64,000 nt of DNA, from contig CAYWJS010000001.1 of NCBI GenBank assembly GCA_964458855.1, positions 70,906 to 134,905 on the forward strand, in the 5' to 3' direction. Below the pieces are notes generated by a model that saw only the letters and a list, made by a program, of their open reading frames with translations, did no database searches and had not been told where the DNA came from. Source of the DNA: an uncultured Erysipelotrichia bacterium (lineage in GTDB: Bacteria > Bacillota_I > Bacilli_A > CAYWJS01). Positions 1 through 10,833 of this stretch are shown here, one piece after another (the stretch's first letter is position 1; each line of letters opens with the position of its first letter). Position numbers and translations under genes: made by a program.

Positions 1-128
1 AAAGCAAGGGAAGTTTTACCACTACCACTTACCCCTGTCATTACTATCAATTTATTTTTGGGAAGTTCAATATTAATATTTTTAAGGTTGTTTTCTTTTG
101 CTCCTTTAATAATAATTTTGTCACTCAT
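1..128 (-). CDS. uvrA: Excinuclease ABC subunit A, N-terminal fragment; the gene continues beyond the window edge
   Basis: The reverse-strand translation from the ATG near 128 reads [42 protein letters not shown]. This is the Walker A motif GVSGSGKT that opens UvrA. It lies immediately downstream of uvrB, as in the uvrBA operon. Confidence 0.6.
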   Translation of the reverse strand, partial: MSDKIIIKGAKENNLKNINIELPKNKLIVMTGVSGSGKTSLA

Positions 129-208
129 AATATCACCCACGTAAAAATTATAACATTATTTATTATCTTTTACAGTGATTTACTTTAAAAAATAAGAACA
201 AATTGTTC

Positions 209-2164
209 TTATTTTTCAGCTTTTAACTCAAATAATATATCCCTAAGTTCCATTGCTGTTTCAAAATCAAGTCTTTTTGCCGCTTCATTCATTTCACGCT
301 CTAAACGAGTAATGAGAGCTTCTCTTTCTTTCTTTGAAAGGGATGTCTTTTCTTTTTCTTCAATAACATCTAAAGAGTTTGATACTACTGGATGAATATC
401 TTTAATAATTGTTTTGGGAGTAATATTATGCTTTTTATTATATTCATCCTGAATTTTCCTTCTTCTTTCTGTTTCTTTTATTGCAATCTCCATGCTTTTT
501 GTTATTCTATCTGCATACATAATAACTCGCCCTTCAGCATTTCTTGCAGCACGTCCAATTGTTTGAATAAGCGACCTTTCACTTCTTAGGAATCCTTCTT
601 TATCAGCATCTAAAATCGCAATTAGACTAACTTCAGGAATATCCAGTCCTTCCCGTAAAAGGTTAATTCCTACCAATACATCATATTTTCCAAGACGTAG
701 ATCTCTTACAATTTGAAGTCTTTCTAAAGTTTTAATTTCGCTGTGAAGATAAGCAACTTTAATATCTAAATCTTTTAAATATTGAGTTAAATCTTCTGCC
801 ATTCTAATTGTAAGGGTTGTAATTAGAGTGCGTTGTTTTTTTGCAATTTGTTTTCTAATTTCACCTATTAAATCATCAATTTGATTTTTAGTTGGACGAA
901 CCTCAACAGTTGGATCTAAAAGTCCAGTTGGACGAATAATTTGTTCTACAACTTCACCATTCGTTTTTTCAAGTTCATAATCCCCAGGTGTTGCTGAAAC
1001 ATAAATTACTTGGTTAATTTTGTTTTCAAATTCAGAAAATGTTAGTGGTCTATTATCAAGAGCACTTGGTAAACGAAATCCATATTCAACCAGAGTTTCT
1101 TTGCGTGATCGGTCTCCGTTATACATTCCACGAACTTGAGGAAGTGTAACATGAGACTCATCAATTACTAAAAGAAAATCATCTGGGAAAAAATCAATTA
1201 AAGTAGAAGGGGTTTCTCCTTCTTCACGGAGTGCTAAGTGTCTTGAATAGTTTTCAATTCCTGAACAAAAACCAATTTCTTTGAGCATTTCAATATCGTA
1301 TTTTGTTCGTTGTTCAAGACGTTGTGCTTCAAGCAATTTATTTTGCTTTCTTAATTCCTTTAGTCTTTCTTCTAATTCTTTTTCAATTCTTTTAATTGCA
1401 ATTTCAAGTTTTTCTTTACTTGTTACAAAGTGACTAGCAGGAAATATAGTTACAGTCTCTTTCCCTTTTATTACTTCTCCTGTTATTACATTAACTTCTT
1501 TTATTTTTTCTAATTCATCTCCAAAAAATTCAATACGAATCGCATTTGCACGCTCATAACTTGGAATAATCTCTAAAACATCACCACGAACGCGAAATGT
1601 ACCACGTTGAAAGTCATAATCATTACGTGTATATAACATATCAACAAGTTTTCTTAAAACAACGTTACGATTAACTTTATCTTTAACTCTTAAAGTAAGT
1701 ACCTTATTTTTATATTCTTCAATTTCACCAATGCCATAAATACATGACACACTTGAAACTACTATTACATCTCTTCTTTCGATTAAAGCAATCGTTGCTG
1801 AATGTCTCATTTCATCTATTTCATCATTAATACTTGCATCTTTTTCAATATAGGTATCAGTTCCTGGAATATATGCTTCTGGTTGATAATAATCATAGTA
1901 AGAAACAAAGTACTCAACTCTGTTTTCAGGAAAAAATTCTTTAAGCTCAGCATACAGTTGACCTGCTAAAGTTTTATTGTGAGCAAGTATTAAAGTTGGT
2001 TTATTAATCTTTTTTATAACATTACTAATAGTAAAAGTTTTTCCTGTTCCTGTTGCACCAAGTAATACTTGATGTTTTTTTCCTTCTTTAATACCTTCTA
2101 CTAGCTTTCTTATAGCTTCTGGTTGATCTCCGGAAGGAGTAAATTTTGATACTAGTTTAAACAT
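209..2164 (-). CDS. uvrB: Excinuclease ABC subunit B
   Basis: 651 aa. Walker A GATGTGKT, helicase motifs and the C-terminal UvrB/UvrC interaction motif ([12 protein letters not shown]) are present. Confidence 0.95.
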   Translation of the reverse strand: MFKLVSKFTPSGDQPEAIRKLVEGIKEGKKHQVLLGATGTGKTFTISNVIKKINKPTLILAHNKTLAGQLYAELKEFFPENRVEYFVSYYDYYQPEAYIPGTDTYIEKDASINDEIDEMRHSATIALIERRDVIVVSSVSCIYGIGEIEEYKNKVLTLRVKDKVNRNVVLRKLVDMLYTRNDYDFQRGTFRVRGDVLEIIPSYERANAIRIEFFGDELEKIKEVNVITGEVIKGKETVTIFPASHFVTSKEKLEIAIKRIEKELEERLKELRKQNKLLEAQRLEQRTKYDIEMLKEIGFCSGIENYSRHLALREEGETPSTLIDFFPDDFLLVIDESHVTLPQVRGMYNGDRSRKETLVEYGFRLPSALDNRPLTFSEFENKINQVIYVSATPGDYELEKTNGEVVEQIIRPTGLLDPTVEVRPTKNQIDDLIGEIRKQIAKKQRTLITTLTIRMAEDLTQYLKDLDIKVAYLHSEIKTLERLQIVRDLRLGKYDVLVGINLLREGLDIPEVSLIAILDADKEGFLRSERSLIQTIGRAARNAEGRVIMYADRITKSMEIAIKETERRRKIQDEYNKKHNITPKTIIKDIHPVVSNSLDVIEEKEKTSLSKKEREALITRLEREMNEAAKRLDFETAMELRDILFELKAEK

Positions 2165-2189
2165 ATTATCACCACTTTTTTATTTTAAC

Positions 2190-2221
2190 ATAAAAAAGTC
2201 ATTTCTATTAAGAAATGACTT
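2190..2221 (-). terminator. Rho-independent terminator hairpin (aagtcatttct-atta-agaaatgactt followed by a T-run on the - strand) overlapping the stop of the M23 hydrolase gene
   Basis: An 11-bp perfect inverted repeat is followed by TTTTTTA on the - strand. Confidence 0.6.
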
Positions 2222-3440
2222 ATCTATAATACCAGTATACCCAATTATCTTTTGGAAAGTTAACAACACTTCTTGGATTTATTACCATTGAGTTAAGAGT
2301 TTGTCCTGATGTTGGATAGTAACCAGATGCGACACCAAAATGTAAGTGGTAACCTGTACTACAACGGTCTTTTGATGGGTCTCCTCCTACTTTTCCAATT
2401 ACAGTATCACGGGAAACAACTTGTCCTTGTTGAACAAAAACTTGATCCACGTGATAATAAAATGTTGTATATGCTTTTCCATTAATATTATGATGAATAT
2501 AAATTAAATTTTGACCACATGTTTTTTTGTCACTTGATGAATATGCATTGTTCCATACTATTAATTCTACCCGACCATTAGCAGCAGGATAAATATTGGC
2601 TGAGACTCCATTTGTTCCTATATCAACAGCATTATGAAAACTTTGTGGTTTTCCTGTAACTGGGTGTCTTCTTGTACCAAAGCTTGATGTGATATATCCT
2701 ACTGTAATAGGTTTTATAAATCCTGTATCAAAAGGAATATTTTTTCCAATACAGTCATTTAAATATTCATTTAATTGACATCCTAAATTTCTATAATAAT
2801 CAAGTGATATTTTTGTTAATGCAAGTTCATCAGCAGCATCAATAATAACTTCATCTAGTGATTCTTTTTTAACACGATAATCATACATTCTTCTTGTTAA
2901 ATTTGTTTTTTGTGTTTCTAAATATTCAATTGTTTTTTCTAAATTTTCCTTTTGTTTATTTGTTTCAATAAGTAAATTTTCTGTATCATTAATTACTTTT
3001 TGATTATAATCTAAAATTGTTTCAATTACAGCTGTTCTTTGGATAAATTCCGAATAATCTTGTGCTCCAAAAACATATTCTAAGTAATCTAGATTATTAG
3101 AAGAAATTTGATATTGTTTTAAAATATCTTGTAATTCAATTTCTACTTCAACTAATTTATTTTCTAAACCAATAATTAGATTTTCTGCATTTGTAATATC
3201 TTCATTAGCTTTTTCAATTCTTTCATATGTTTCATTTAGTTCTCTGTTAATTCTTGCTAATTCTTGTTGTGTATATTGTTTTTCTCTTTTTGTTTGTTCA
3301 ATTATTTTTTCTAGTTTTTCTACTTCTTTATATAAGTCACCTAACGTTTTCCCTTGTGCTTCAACTTCTACTACTGGATAAAATAGTGAAACGAAAAGAA
3401 CAGTGATGGCAAATAGGGTATTAAATACTTTTTTCATCAT
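2220..3440 (-). CDS. Secreted coiled-coil M23 (LytM) metallopeptidase, an EnvC/PcsB/RipC-like FtsEX-associated cell-wall hydrolase
   Basis: An N-terminal signal peptide is followed by about 200 aa of heptad-rich E/K/L coiled coil. The C-terminal M23 domain carries the motifs HNAVDIG and GYHLHFGV. The gene lies directly downstream of ftsE-ftsX with a 4-nt overlap. Confidence 0.8.
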   Translation of the reverse strand: MMKKVFNTLFAITVLFVSLFYPVVEVEAQGKTLGDLYKEVEKLEKIIEQTKREKQYTQQELARINRELNETYERIEKANEDITNAENLIIGLENKLVEVEIELQDILKQYQISSNNLDYLEYVFGAQDYSEFIQRTAVIETILDYNQKVINDTENLLIETNKQKENLEKTIEYLETQKTNLTRRMYDYRVKKESLDEVIIDAADELALTKISLDYYRNLGCQLNEYLNDCIGKNIPFDTGFIKPITVGYITSSFGTRRHPVTGKPQSFHNAVDIGTNGVSANIYPAANGRVELIVWNNAYSSSDKKTCGQNLIYIHHNINGKAYTTFYYHVDQVFVQQGQVVSRDTVIGKVGGDPSKDRCSTGYHLHFGVASGYYPTSGQTLNSMVINPRSVVNFPKDNWVYWYYR

Positions 3441-4360
3441 GGTTTTAAGTGTTTCCTTACTGCTTTAGTACTACCAAACATACCAACTGTTACCCCTATT
3501 GCCAATAAAACAAGTGCAATTAACATAATTGGTTTCCCAGGTGCAATAAGTTTAATGAAAGAAGAAAATAATTGACCTCCTAATGTTTCATATAAGTAAC
3601 GATAACCATAAATTAAAAATAATATTGGGATTATTGAACCAAGCATTCCTAACAATACCCCCTCAATTAGAAACGGCATCTTTATATAAGTGTTTGATGC
3701 TCCAACCAAACGCATTATACCGATTTCGTTTCTACGAGAAAATATTGCAAGTTTAATTGTATTAGAAATTAAGAATGCACAAACAACGATCAATCCAACA
3801 ATAAAAATAGTTGAAACAAATTGAATAATGTCAAATACCTTTAACATATTTTTTATCATTGTTTCACCGTATTTAATGTTATAAATATTATCTAAAGTAC
3901 CTATTTTTTCTGCAGTTTTAGCAATCTTTTTAATATCTTTAACTTTAATTAAAAACTCATCATGTAAAGGATTTCTTTCTTCTCCCCAGCGATTAAATAA
4001 TTCCTTGAAAACATCTGAAGTTTCACTCATTTCTTTTGCTATCTCTTCTTTTGTGTGCAATACTACTGAATCTATATTTTCCATTTCTCTAATTGTATTT
4101 TCTAAATTCGTTATTTCTTCTTTAGTAATACTCTTCTCCAGCATAACAATCATTGTAACATCTTTTTTTAGATTTTCAGTAAAATTATAAACGTTTAAAG
4201 ATAATACTCCAGATACACCAATAATTAAGAGTGTTACAATAATTGTAGATATTGCTCCAACACTTAAATGAAAATTGCGGTAAACATTATGAATAGCATC
4301 ACGGAAGCTGTTTAAAAACATCCGAATTCCTTTAATTATTAATTTCATAAACATACTCAC
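3437..4360 (-). CDS. ftsX: Cell division permease-like protein FtsX
   Basis: 307 aa. It has an N-terminal TM helix, a large extracellular loop and three C-terminal TM helices (the FtsX fold). It overlaps the ftsE stop. Confidence 0.85.
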   Translation of the reverse strand: MSMFMKLIIKGIRMFLNSFRDAIHNVYRNFHLSVGAISTIIVTLLIIGVSGVLSLNVYNFTENLKKDVTMIVMLEKSITKEEITNLENTIREMENIDSVVLHTKEEIAKEMSETSDVFKELFNRWGEERNPLHDEFLIKVKDIKKIAKTAEKIGTLDNIYNIKYGETMIKNMLKVFDIIQFVSTIFIVGLIVVCAFLISNTIKLAIFSRRNEIGIMRLVGASNTYIKMPFLIEGVLLGMLGSIIPILFLIYGYRYLYETLGGQLFSSFIKLIAPGKPIMLIALVLLAIGVTVGMFGSTKAVRKHLKP

Positions 4361-5045
4361 CTTCTTTTACATCAGCAACGATACGTCCACTTTCAAGGGT
4401 TATTACTCTTTTTTTCATCTTGTTAACTATTTCTCTGTCATGTGTTGCCATTATAATAGTAGTTCCTTTTTTATTAATTTTTTCTAAAATCTCCATTAAC
4501 TCCCAACTTGCTTTTGGGTCTAGATTTCCTGTAGGTTCGTCACAAAGTAAAAGTTTTGGTTCATTTACAATAGCACGTGCTATTGATACTCGTTGTTGCT
4601 CTCCACCTGATAATTGTTCAGGATAAAATTTTGCTTTATCCTTCAAATCTACTTGTTCTAAGGCTTTTAATACCTTTTTTCTAATTTCTGATTTCTTTTC
4701 TCCTAATACTTCAAGGGCATATGCTACGTTTTCATAAACTGTAAGTTTTGGTAGTAATTTAAAATCTTGAAAAATAACACCCATCTTTCTTCTTATCCAG
4801 TAAACTTTACTATCTCTAATTTTAGAAATAATTACACCACCAAGAATAACTTCACCTTTTGTTGGTTTTTCTTCGCGATACAACATCTTTATAATTGTTG
4901 ATTTTCCTGAACCGCTTGGTCCAGTTAAAAACACAAATTCACCTTTTTTTATTTCTAAATTTAAATCACTTATTACATCAACACCTTTGCGGTTATTGTA
5001 TTGTTTACTTACATTTTTAAACTTAATTAAACTCATTTGTACCAC
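4332..5045 (-). CDS. ftsE: Cell division ATP-binding protein FtsE (ABC ATPase)
   Basis: Walker A GPSGSGKST, the ABC signature LSGGEQQRVSIARA and Walker B LLLCDEPT are present. The likely true start is the ATG at about 5036 (MSLIKF...). Confidence 0.9.
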   Translation of the reverse strand: MVQMSLIKFKNVSKQYNNRKGVDVISDLNLEIKKGEFVFLTGPSGSGKSTIIKMLYREEKPTKGEVILGGVIISKIRDSKVYWIRRKMGVIFQDFKLLPKLTVYENVAYALEVLGEKKSEIRKKVLKALEQVDLKDKAKFYPEQLSGGEQQRVSIARAIVNEPKLLLCDEPTGNLDPKASWELMEILEKINKKGTTIIMATHDREIVNKMKKRVITLESGRIVADVKEGEYVYEINN

Positions 5046-5099
5046 ATCCTACCTAATTAAAGTATAGCACATATGAAAAAAATAGTTAAATGTTAATTT

Positions 5100-6162
5100 T
5101 TAACTATTTTTTAGATATGCATCGATAAAAATATCAATATTACCATCCATTACCCCTGCAACATCGCCTACTTCAACATTGGTTCTGTGATCTTTTACTA
5201 GAGTATATGGTTGAAAGATGTATGATCTAATTTGTGAACCCCAAGCAATATCTTTTTTAGTCCCTGCGATTTTTTCCTTTTCTTCTTCGCGTTTTTCTAA
5301 TTCAAGTTGGTATAACTTATTTTTTAAAATCTTTAAAGCTTGTTCTTTGTTTTGAATTTGACTTCGTTCATTTTGGCAAGAAACAATTATTCCTGTTGGA
5401 ATATGAGTAATTCGAACAGCGCTATCTGTTGTATTTACTGATTGCCCTCCTGCACCACTACTTCTGTAAGTATCTATTTTTATATCTTCTGGTTTTATTT
5501 CAATATTAATATCTTCTTTAAATTCGGGCATTACTTCAACAGATGCAAATGAGGTATGACGTCTTTTATTCGCATCAAAAGGAGAAATTCTAACCAAACG
5601 ATGAATTCCTTTTTCTCCCTTTAAAAACCCATAAGCATTATTTCCAGAGACTATAAACATTACTCTTTTTAACCCTGCTTCCTCACCTTCCTGATATTCT
5701 AAAACCTTTACTTTATAACCTTTGTTTTCTGCCCATCTTAAATACATTCGATAAAGCATAGATGCCCAATCCATACTTTCTGTTCCCCCAGCACCTGGAT
5801 GGATTTCAAGAATTGCATTATTTTTATCATATGGACCACTAAGTAAAACATATGTTTCAAAAAGAGAAAATTCATTTTTAAGTTCATTAATTTCCAAAGC
5901 AAAAAATTCTAATTCTTCATCACTTAAATCTAAAACATCATTAATTTTAGATTTTAGCAATTCAATTTTTTCTACTATCTCTAATAATTCTTTTTTTTCA
6001 TTAATGATATCTTGGGCCTTTTTATGATCATCCCAAAAATTAGTTTCTTCCATTAATTTATTTAACTCTTCAATACGTTCTTTCTTTTTATCAACGTCAA
6101 AGAGACCTCCATAAATCAGAAAGTTTTTTATCTAATAAACTAATTTCTTCTTTAAAATCCAT
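5100..6162 (-). CDS. prfB: Peptide chain release factor 2 with a programmed +1 ribosomal frameshift; the N-terminal 23 codons lie in a different frame from the body
   Basis: The body ORF (5100..6053) carries the RF2 motifs SPF and GGQ ([18 protein letters not shown]). Upstream, an ATG at about 6162 opens the frame MDFKEEISLLDKKLSDLWRSL that ends at the in-frame TGA of the canonical site tgg agg tct CTT TGA C (about 6096-6111, - strand). An internal SD-like AGG lies 3 nt upstream of CTT. Confidence 0.9.
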
Positions 6163-6185
6163 AATATCACCTATCCTAATTACAT

Positions 6186-6230
6186 AAATTATAACAAAAA
6201 AAAGAAAATTTTAAAAATTTTCTTTTTTTT
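6186..6230 (-). terminator. Hairpin (agaaaatttt-aaaa-attttcttt followed by a T-run) between the K/E-rich gene and the prfB start
   Basis: An inverted repeat with a flanking T-tract on the - strand. Confidence 0.4.
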
Positions 6231-6242
6231 CAAAAACATAGA

Positions 6243-6755
6243 CTATAATTTCAATGTTTTTTCTAATTCTTTCCCTTTACTTTCTTTAACTGGTGTTGTT
6301 GGATTGTTACTAATATTTTTTTCTTTTCTTTCTAGCTTATTAGTAAGCCTTTTAATTAGTTCTTTTGTTGAAATTTTTACATTTTGTTTAGCTAATTTTT
6401 CTAATCCTTTATTAAATTCGTTACTTAATATATCTAAAACATCATTAATTTTTCTTTCTCTTTCTTCTTTTTGTTGTTTAATCATTTTATATAATTCGTT
6501 GTATTCTTCATCAGTAAAATACATATAATTTTTCGATAAAATGCTTTGTTTAAAATCAAATTCAGTATATGTTCCACCAAGCCACCCACCAGAATACAGA
6601 ATCTCATCAGCATTTCTCTGTCTAACTTCTTCAAGCGACCATTTTCGAGTTAAATTATTAATAATTTGTTCTTTTTTTCTTTTAATTTCCTCTTCGCGTT
6701 CTAATTTCTTTTTCTCACGATTTTCTTGTATTTTACTTTTAATATTTTTAAACAT
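6243..6755 (-). CDS. Hypothetical lysine/glutamate-rich protein (170 aa), probably coiled-coil
   Basis: An intact ORF with extreme K/E/R content and no recognisable catalytic motif. It lies between secA and prfB. Confidence 0.4.
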   Translation of the reverse strand: MFKNIKSKIQENREKKKLEREEEIKRKKEQIINNLTRKWSLEEVRQRNADEILYSGGWLGGTYTEFDFKQSILSKNYMYFTDEEYNELYKMIKQQKEERERKINDVLDILSNEFNKGLEKLAKQNVKISTKELIKRLTNKLERKEKNISNNPTTPVKESKGKELEKTLKL

Positions 6756-6803
6756 TTTATCCCTCCCCTTGATATCATTAAAACAAAATTAATAAATTAG
6801 ATT

Positions 6804-7274
6804 TTATTTACAACTAAATCCTTCCATAAATTTTTCTAAAAACTCATCTATTGTTAAGTTTTTAGAAGTTAACATATCATTTTCATCGTAAAAATCTTCA
6901 AATACTTGTTTCACTTGTTCAGGGTCTATTTTTTCGTAATCAACTTGGGTAACCATTTGTAATTTGTTTTCACCAATTTTTTTATATTCCGTTTTTATTC
7001 CATTAATATTATTTAATGTTTCAACAAATGCTTTAATATACTCAAACGTAAAATCATTAATAATATCAGGATCTACTTCACTAGTATTTGTTTCTTTAAC
7101 TTTTAATACCTTAGAATCGTTATAAGTAATTGTTGTTATAGTTGTAGTCTTATAACCATATTCATTTACTTCTTCTTTCGTACAAGTCATCTCTTTTGTA
7201 GAACTTTTACCACAAGCTGTTAAAGTAATTGTTAATAAAATTGTTAAAAATCCAATTAAATATTTTCTTTTCAC
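6804..7274 (-). CDS. Putative lipoprotein (156 aa)
   Basis: A signal peptide is followed by the lipobox LTAC. The mature part is T/K/E-rich and hydrophilic. Confidence 0.5.
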   Translation of the reverse strand: MKRKYLIGFLTILLTITLTACGKSSTKEMTCTKEEVNEYGYKTTTITTITYNDSKVLKVKETNTSEVDPDIINDFTFEYIKAFVETLNNINGIKTEYKKIGENKLQMVTQVDYEKIDPEQVKQVFEDFYDENDMLTSKNLTIDEFLEKFMEGFSCK

Positions 7275-7371
7275 AAAATCCTCCTCCTAATAAAATTTTA
7301 CACCAAAATACCAAAAATAGGAAGTTGAAAAATAAAATTTTGTAAGCAAAAATTTACGAAGTTTTTAGTCT

Positions 7372-9870
7372 TTATTTCCCACAGCAATGTTTATATTTCT
7401 TACCTGAGCCACACGGACAAGGGTCATTGCGACCAATTTTATTAACCTTTCGTGGTTGTCTTTTAGCTGACTTTTCTTCACCTTGAACAGCTTTCCCTTT
7501 TTGGATTTCTTTTCTTTCTAAGTTTCTTCTAATTTGTGCTTTCATTAAATAAAGGGCAGCTTCATTATTAATTTTATTTAATAAAGCTTCAAATAATCTA
7601 AATCCTTCTGTAGTGTATGCCCTCAATGGATTTTCTTGGGCATATGCGCGAAGGTGAATTCCTTGCCTTAAGTTAGACATTGTATCAATATGATTCATCC
7701 AGTTTTGATCAATTACTCTAAGTACAATTGCTTTTTCAAATTCATTTTTTACTTCAATTGGAAAATCATCAAACTTTTTATTATATTCATCTAATAGTTT
7801 TTCACGTAAATACGAAACTAGTTCAGTACTATCCATCTTTTTAATTTCTGAATAATCAATTTTAGTATCTATTAAATAATTCCTATTAATATTGTTAATA
7901 ATATTTTTCTTTTTTTCTTCTTCCGATAATTCTTCTTTTAACATTTCATTATTTACAATTCCTTCGATTGTTGTACTAATAATGTTAATTACTTCATCAT
8001 GAATTGATTCTTGGTCTAAAATTTTATTTCGTTTTTCATAAATTATTTCTCTTTGTCTTCCCATTACATTATCATATTGTAAAAGTTGCTTTCGCATATC
8101 AAAGTTATTACCTTCAACTCGCTTTTGAGCTGATTCAATTGACTTTGAAAGCATTTTACTTTCAATTGCTTCATCAGGAGCAAGTCCTATTGTACTTAAC
8201 ATACTTTTCATTCTATCTGAACCAAAGCGAACCATTAAATCGTCTTCAAGGGAAATAAAAAATTGTGAATAACCAGGATCACCTTGACGCCCAGAACGTC
8301 CACGCAATTGATTATCAATTCTTCGTGATTCATGACGTTCAGTTCCAATCACACAAAGTCCTCCAAGCTCTTTTACGCCTTCACCTAATTTAATGTCAGT
8401 TCCACGTCCTGCCATATTAGTTGCAATTGTAACTGAACCTTTTTCTCCAGCATGAGCAATAATTTCTGCTTCACGAGCATGATTTTTAGCGTTTAATACT
8501 TCATGAGGAATTTTTTCTCTTGTAAGCATTTTACTTAAAAGTTCACTGGTCTCAATTGCAATTGTTCCAACTAGTACTGGTTGCCCTTTGTTATATCTTT
8601 CTTTTATCTCTTTTACAATTGCTTTAAATTTAGCTTCTTTTGTTAAATAAACTTTATCTGGTGCATCAATTCTGATTACTGGCTTATTAGTGGAAATTTC
8701 AATAACTTTCATATTATAAATATTTCTAAATTCCTCTTCTTCTGTTTTTGCAGTACCAGTCATTCCTGCAAGTTTTTTATACATCCTAAAATAATTTTGG
8801 AAAGTAATCGTTGCAACTATTTTTGTTTCTTCTTTAATTGTAACTCCTTCTTTAGCTTCAAGTGCTTGGTGTAATCCCTCACTGTATTGGCGACCACGCA
8901 TCAAACGTCCAGTAAATGGATCAACAATAATAACTTGGTCATCTTGTACTACATAATCAACATCTTTTTGCATTGAATAATTTGCCTTTAAAGCGTTATC
9001 TATATAGTGAACAAGTTCTGAATGCTCAAGATCATAAAGGTTATCTATATTAAATCTTTGTTCTGCTTTCTTTATTCCTTCCATTGTTAGCATGGTAGCT
9101 TTTGTTTTTTCATCGTATGTAAAATCAATATCTCTTTTTAGTGATTTTGCAAATAAGTCAGCAGCAATATATAAATTAGCAGTTTTTGCTGGTTGACCAG
9201 AAATAATTAATGGCGTTCTTGCCTCATCAATTAAAATTGAGTCAACTTCGTCTACAATTGCAAAGTTAAGTGGTCTTTGTACTCTTTGTGCAGCATAAAG
9301 TGCCATATTATCGCGAAGATAATCAAAACCTAATTCACTATTTGTAGAATATAAAATATCCGAGTTATAAGCTTCGCGTTTTTCATCTGGTGAAAGTTCG
9401 CGAAGATTAAGACCAACAGTTAAACCAAGAAATTTAAAAATTACACCCATCCACTCGGAGTCACGCTGAGCAAGATATTCGTTAACTGTAACAATGTGAA
9501 CTCCTTTTCCTGTTAAAGCATTTAAATAAGCTGGCATAACTGAAACAAGGGTTTTACCTTCACCAGTTTTCATCTCAGCAATATTACCTTCATGAATTGC
9601 AATAGCTCCTAAAAGTTGTACATAAAACGGATACATTCCTGTTACACGTTTACTTGCTTCTCTTACAACAGCAAATGCTTCAACTAATATATCATCTAAA
9701 GTTTCACCTTTTGCAAGTCTTTCTTTAAATTCATTAGTTTTATTTTGTAACTCTTCGTCAGAGAGTTTACTCATTTCTTCACTCAAAGCATCTATTTGAT
9801 CAGCAATTTTAGTAAGTCTTCCTAAATCAGAGTAACTACAATCAAATACTTTAAACAGTCGTTTAAACAT
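7372..9870 (-). CDS. secA: Preprotein translocase ATPase SecA
   Basis: 832 aa. DEAD-like motor motifs are present, and the C-terminal zinc-binding tail reads [14 protein letters not shown]. Confidence 0.95.
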   Translation of the reverse strand: MFKRLFKVFDCSYSDLGRLTKIADQIDALSEEMSKLSDEELQNKTNEFKERLAKGETLDDILVEAFAVVREASKRVTGMYPFYVQLLGAIAIHEGNIAEMKTGEGKTLVSVMPAYLNALTGKGVHIVTVNEYLAQRDSEWMGVIFKFLGLTVGLNLRELSPDEKREAYNSDILYSTNSELGFDYLRDNMALYAAQRVQRPLNFAIVDEVDSILIDEARTPLIISGQPAKTANLYIAADLFAKSLKRDIDFTYDEKTKATMLTMEGIKKAEQRFNIDNLYDLEHSELVHYIDNALKANYSMQKDVDYVVQDDQVIIVDPFTGRLMRGRQYSEGLHQALEAKEGVTIKEETKIVATITFQNYFRMYKKLAGMTGTAKTEEEEFRNIYNMKVIEISTNKPVIRIDAPDKVYLTKEAKFKAIVKEIKERYNKGQPVLVGTIAIETSELLSKMLTREKIPHEVLNAKNHAREAEIIAHAGEKGSVTIATNMAGRGTDIKLGEGVKELGGLCVIGTERHESRRIDNQLRGRSGRQGDPGYSQFFISLEDDLMVRFGSDRMKSMLSTIGLAPDEAIESKMLSKSIESAQKRVEGNNFDMRKQLLQYDNVMGRQREIIYEKRNKILDQESIHDEVINIISTTIEGIVNNEMLKEELSEEEKKKNIINNINRNYLIDTKIDYSEIKKMDSTELVSYLREKLLDEYNKKFDDFPIEVKNEFEKAIVLRVIDQNWMNHIDTMSNLRQGIHLRAYAQENPLRAYTTEGFRLFEALLNKINNEAALYLMKAQIRRNLERKEIQKGKAVQGEEKSAKRQPRKVNKIGRNDPCPCGSGKKYKHCCGK

Positions 9871-9932
9871 TTTTATCCTCCTCTTGTTTATATTATTTTA
9901 TCAAAAAAACTTTATAAATAATAGTTTAAAAT

Positions 9933-9960
9933 AAAAAAACTTCTCAGTTCGAGAAGTTTT
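9933..9960 (-). terminator. Terminator hairpin (aaaacttctc-agttc-gagaagtttt) just after the hpf stop
   Basis: A 10-bp inverted repeat followed by a T-run on the - strand. Confidence 0.55.
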
Positions 9961-10486
9961 ACATAGTTTCGATTATGCCATATCCACCTTTTTTCCTTTT
10001 ATAAACAACACATACTGCATCTTTTTCCATATCCAAGTAAATAAAGAAATCATGATCTAAAAGTTCCATCTGTAAAATTGCTTCTTCGGCATCCATTGGT
10101 TTTAATTCAACTTTTTTATATCTAACAATCAATTCTTCTTCAGTTTCGCCATTATCATCAAAATCAAATTTGATTTCTTCTTTTCCTTTTTTCATTTTAG
10201 CTTTAAGTTTTGTTTTTTGCTTTCTAAGTTGACGTTCTAGTTTATCTGCTGCATGATCAACTGCCGTATAAAGATCACCGTGTTCTTCTTCAATCCTTAA
10301 AGTAAACTGTTCCAGCGGAATTGTAATTTCTACTTTTTGACTTGCATCATAAACTGATAGTACCACTTTTGCAGTAACTTTATCTGGGTTACTTAGATAC
10401 TTATTTATTTTTGATAATTTATTTTCAATATGTTCTTTAATCGCATCTGTAACCTCAATATTTTCACCATGTATTTTGTAGATCAT
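9959..10486 (-). CDS. hpf: Ribosome hibernation promoting factor, long form with a C-terminal dimerisation domain
   Basis: Contains an S30AE/YfiA-like N-terminal domain and a C-terminal domain. The start was chosen at MIYKIHGENIEVT because a GAGAGGTGG RBS lies upstream. The ORF track begins 17 codons further upstream. Confidence 0.85.
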   Translation of the reverse strand: MIYKIHGENIEVTDAIKEHIENKLSKINKYLSNPDKVTAKVVLSVYDASQKVEITIPLEQFTLRIEEEHGDLYTAVDHAADKLERQLRKQKTKLKAKMKKGKEEIKFDFDDNGETEEELIVRYKKVELKPMDAEEAILQMELLDHDFFIYLDMEKDAVCVVYKRKKGGYGIIETM

Positions 10487-10564
10487 TAAAACCACCTCTC
10501 CTAAGATAAGTGTATCCTTTTTAAAAGAATAATTCAATAAAAAATATCACCAAATAGGTGATAT

Positions 10565-10762
10565 TTATGTTTTTACTACATTAGTGGCTTGGAGTCCTTT
10601 TTCAGTCTTAATTAGGTCATACTCAACTAAATCACCTTCGGATAAAGTTTTGTACCCTTTTTGCTTAATCGCTGTGTAGTGAACAAATACGTCTTCACCT
10701 TCTTCGTAATCAATAAACCCATATCCTTGTTGATCATTAAACCACTTTACTCGACCCCTCAT
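10565..10762 (-). CDS. csp: Cold-shock protein (CspA family, 65 aa)
   Basis: MRGRVKWFNDQQGYGFI carries the RNP1 motif and VFVHY the RNP2 motif. The start was chosen at the ATG preceded by GGAGGG. The ORF-track N-terminal extension is probably not translated. Confidence 0.85.
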   Translation of the reverse strand: MRGRVKWFNDQQGYGFIDYEEGEDVFVHYTAIKQKGYKTLSEGDLVEYDLIKTEKGLQATNVVKT

Positions 10763-10833
10763 AATACCCTCCTTCTTAAAACTATTTTTAAAGCGCGCTT
10801 CTGTTTTTACTATACTTATTAAAAAAGTAATTT

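Noticed and set aside
392-589. Short + strand ORF inside uvrB. Similar antisense ORFs occur at 4005..4190, 4420..4626, 6304..6792, 8004..8258, 11081..11362, 16580..17061, 25326..26108, 26651..27008, 33288..33470, 39621..39869, 40435..40623, 42360..42707, 50638..51121, 54592..54831, 55457..55714 and 61902..62667
   Set aside because: All lie antisense to, or nested in, confidently assigned genes. AT-rich coding sequence often leaves antisense frames open. No RBS is present and the sequences are low-complexity.
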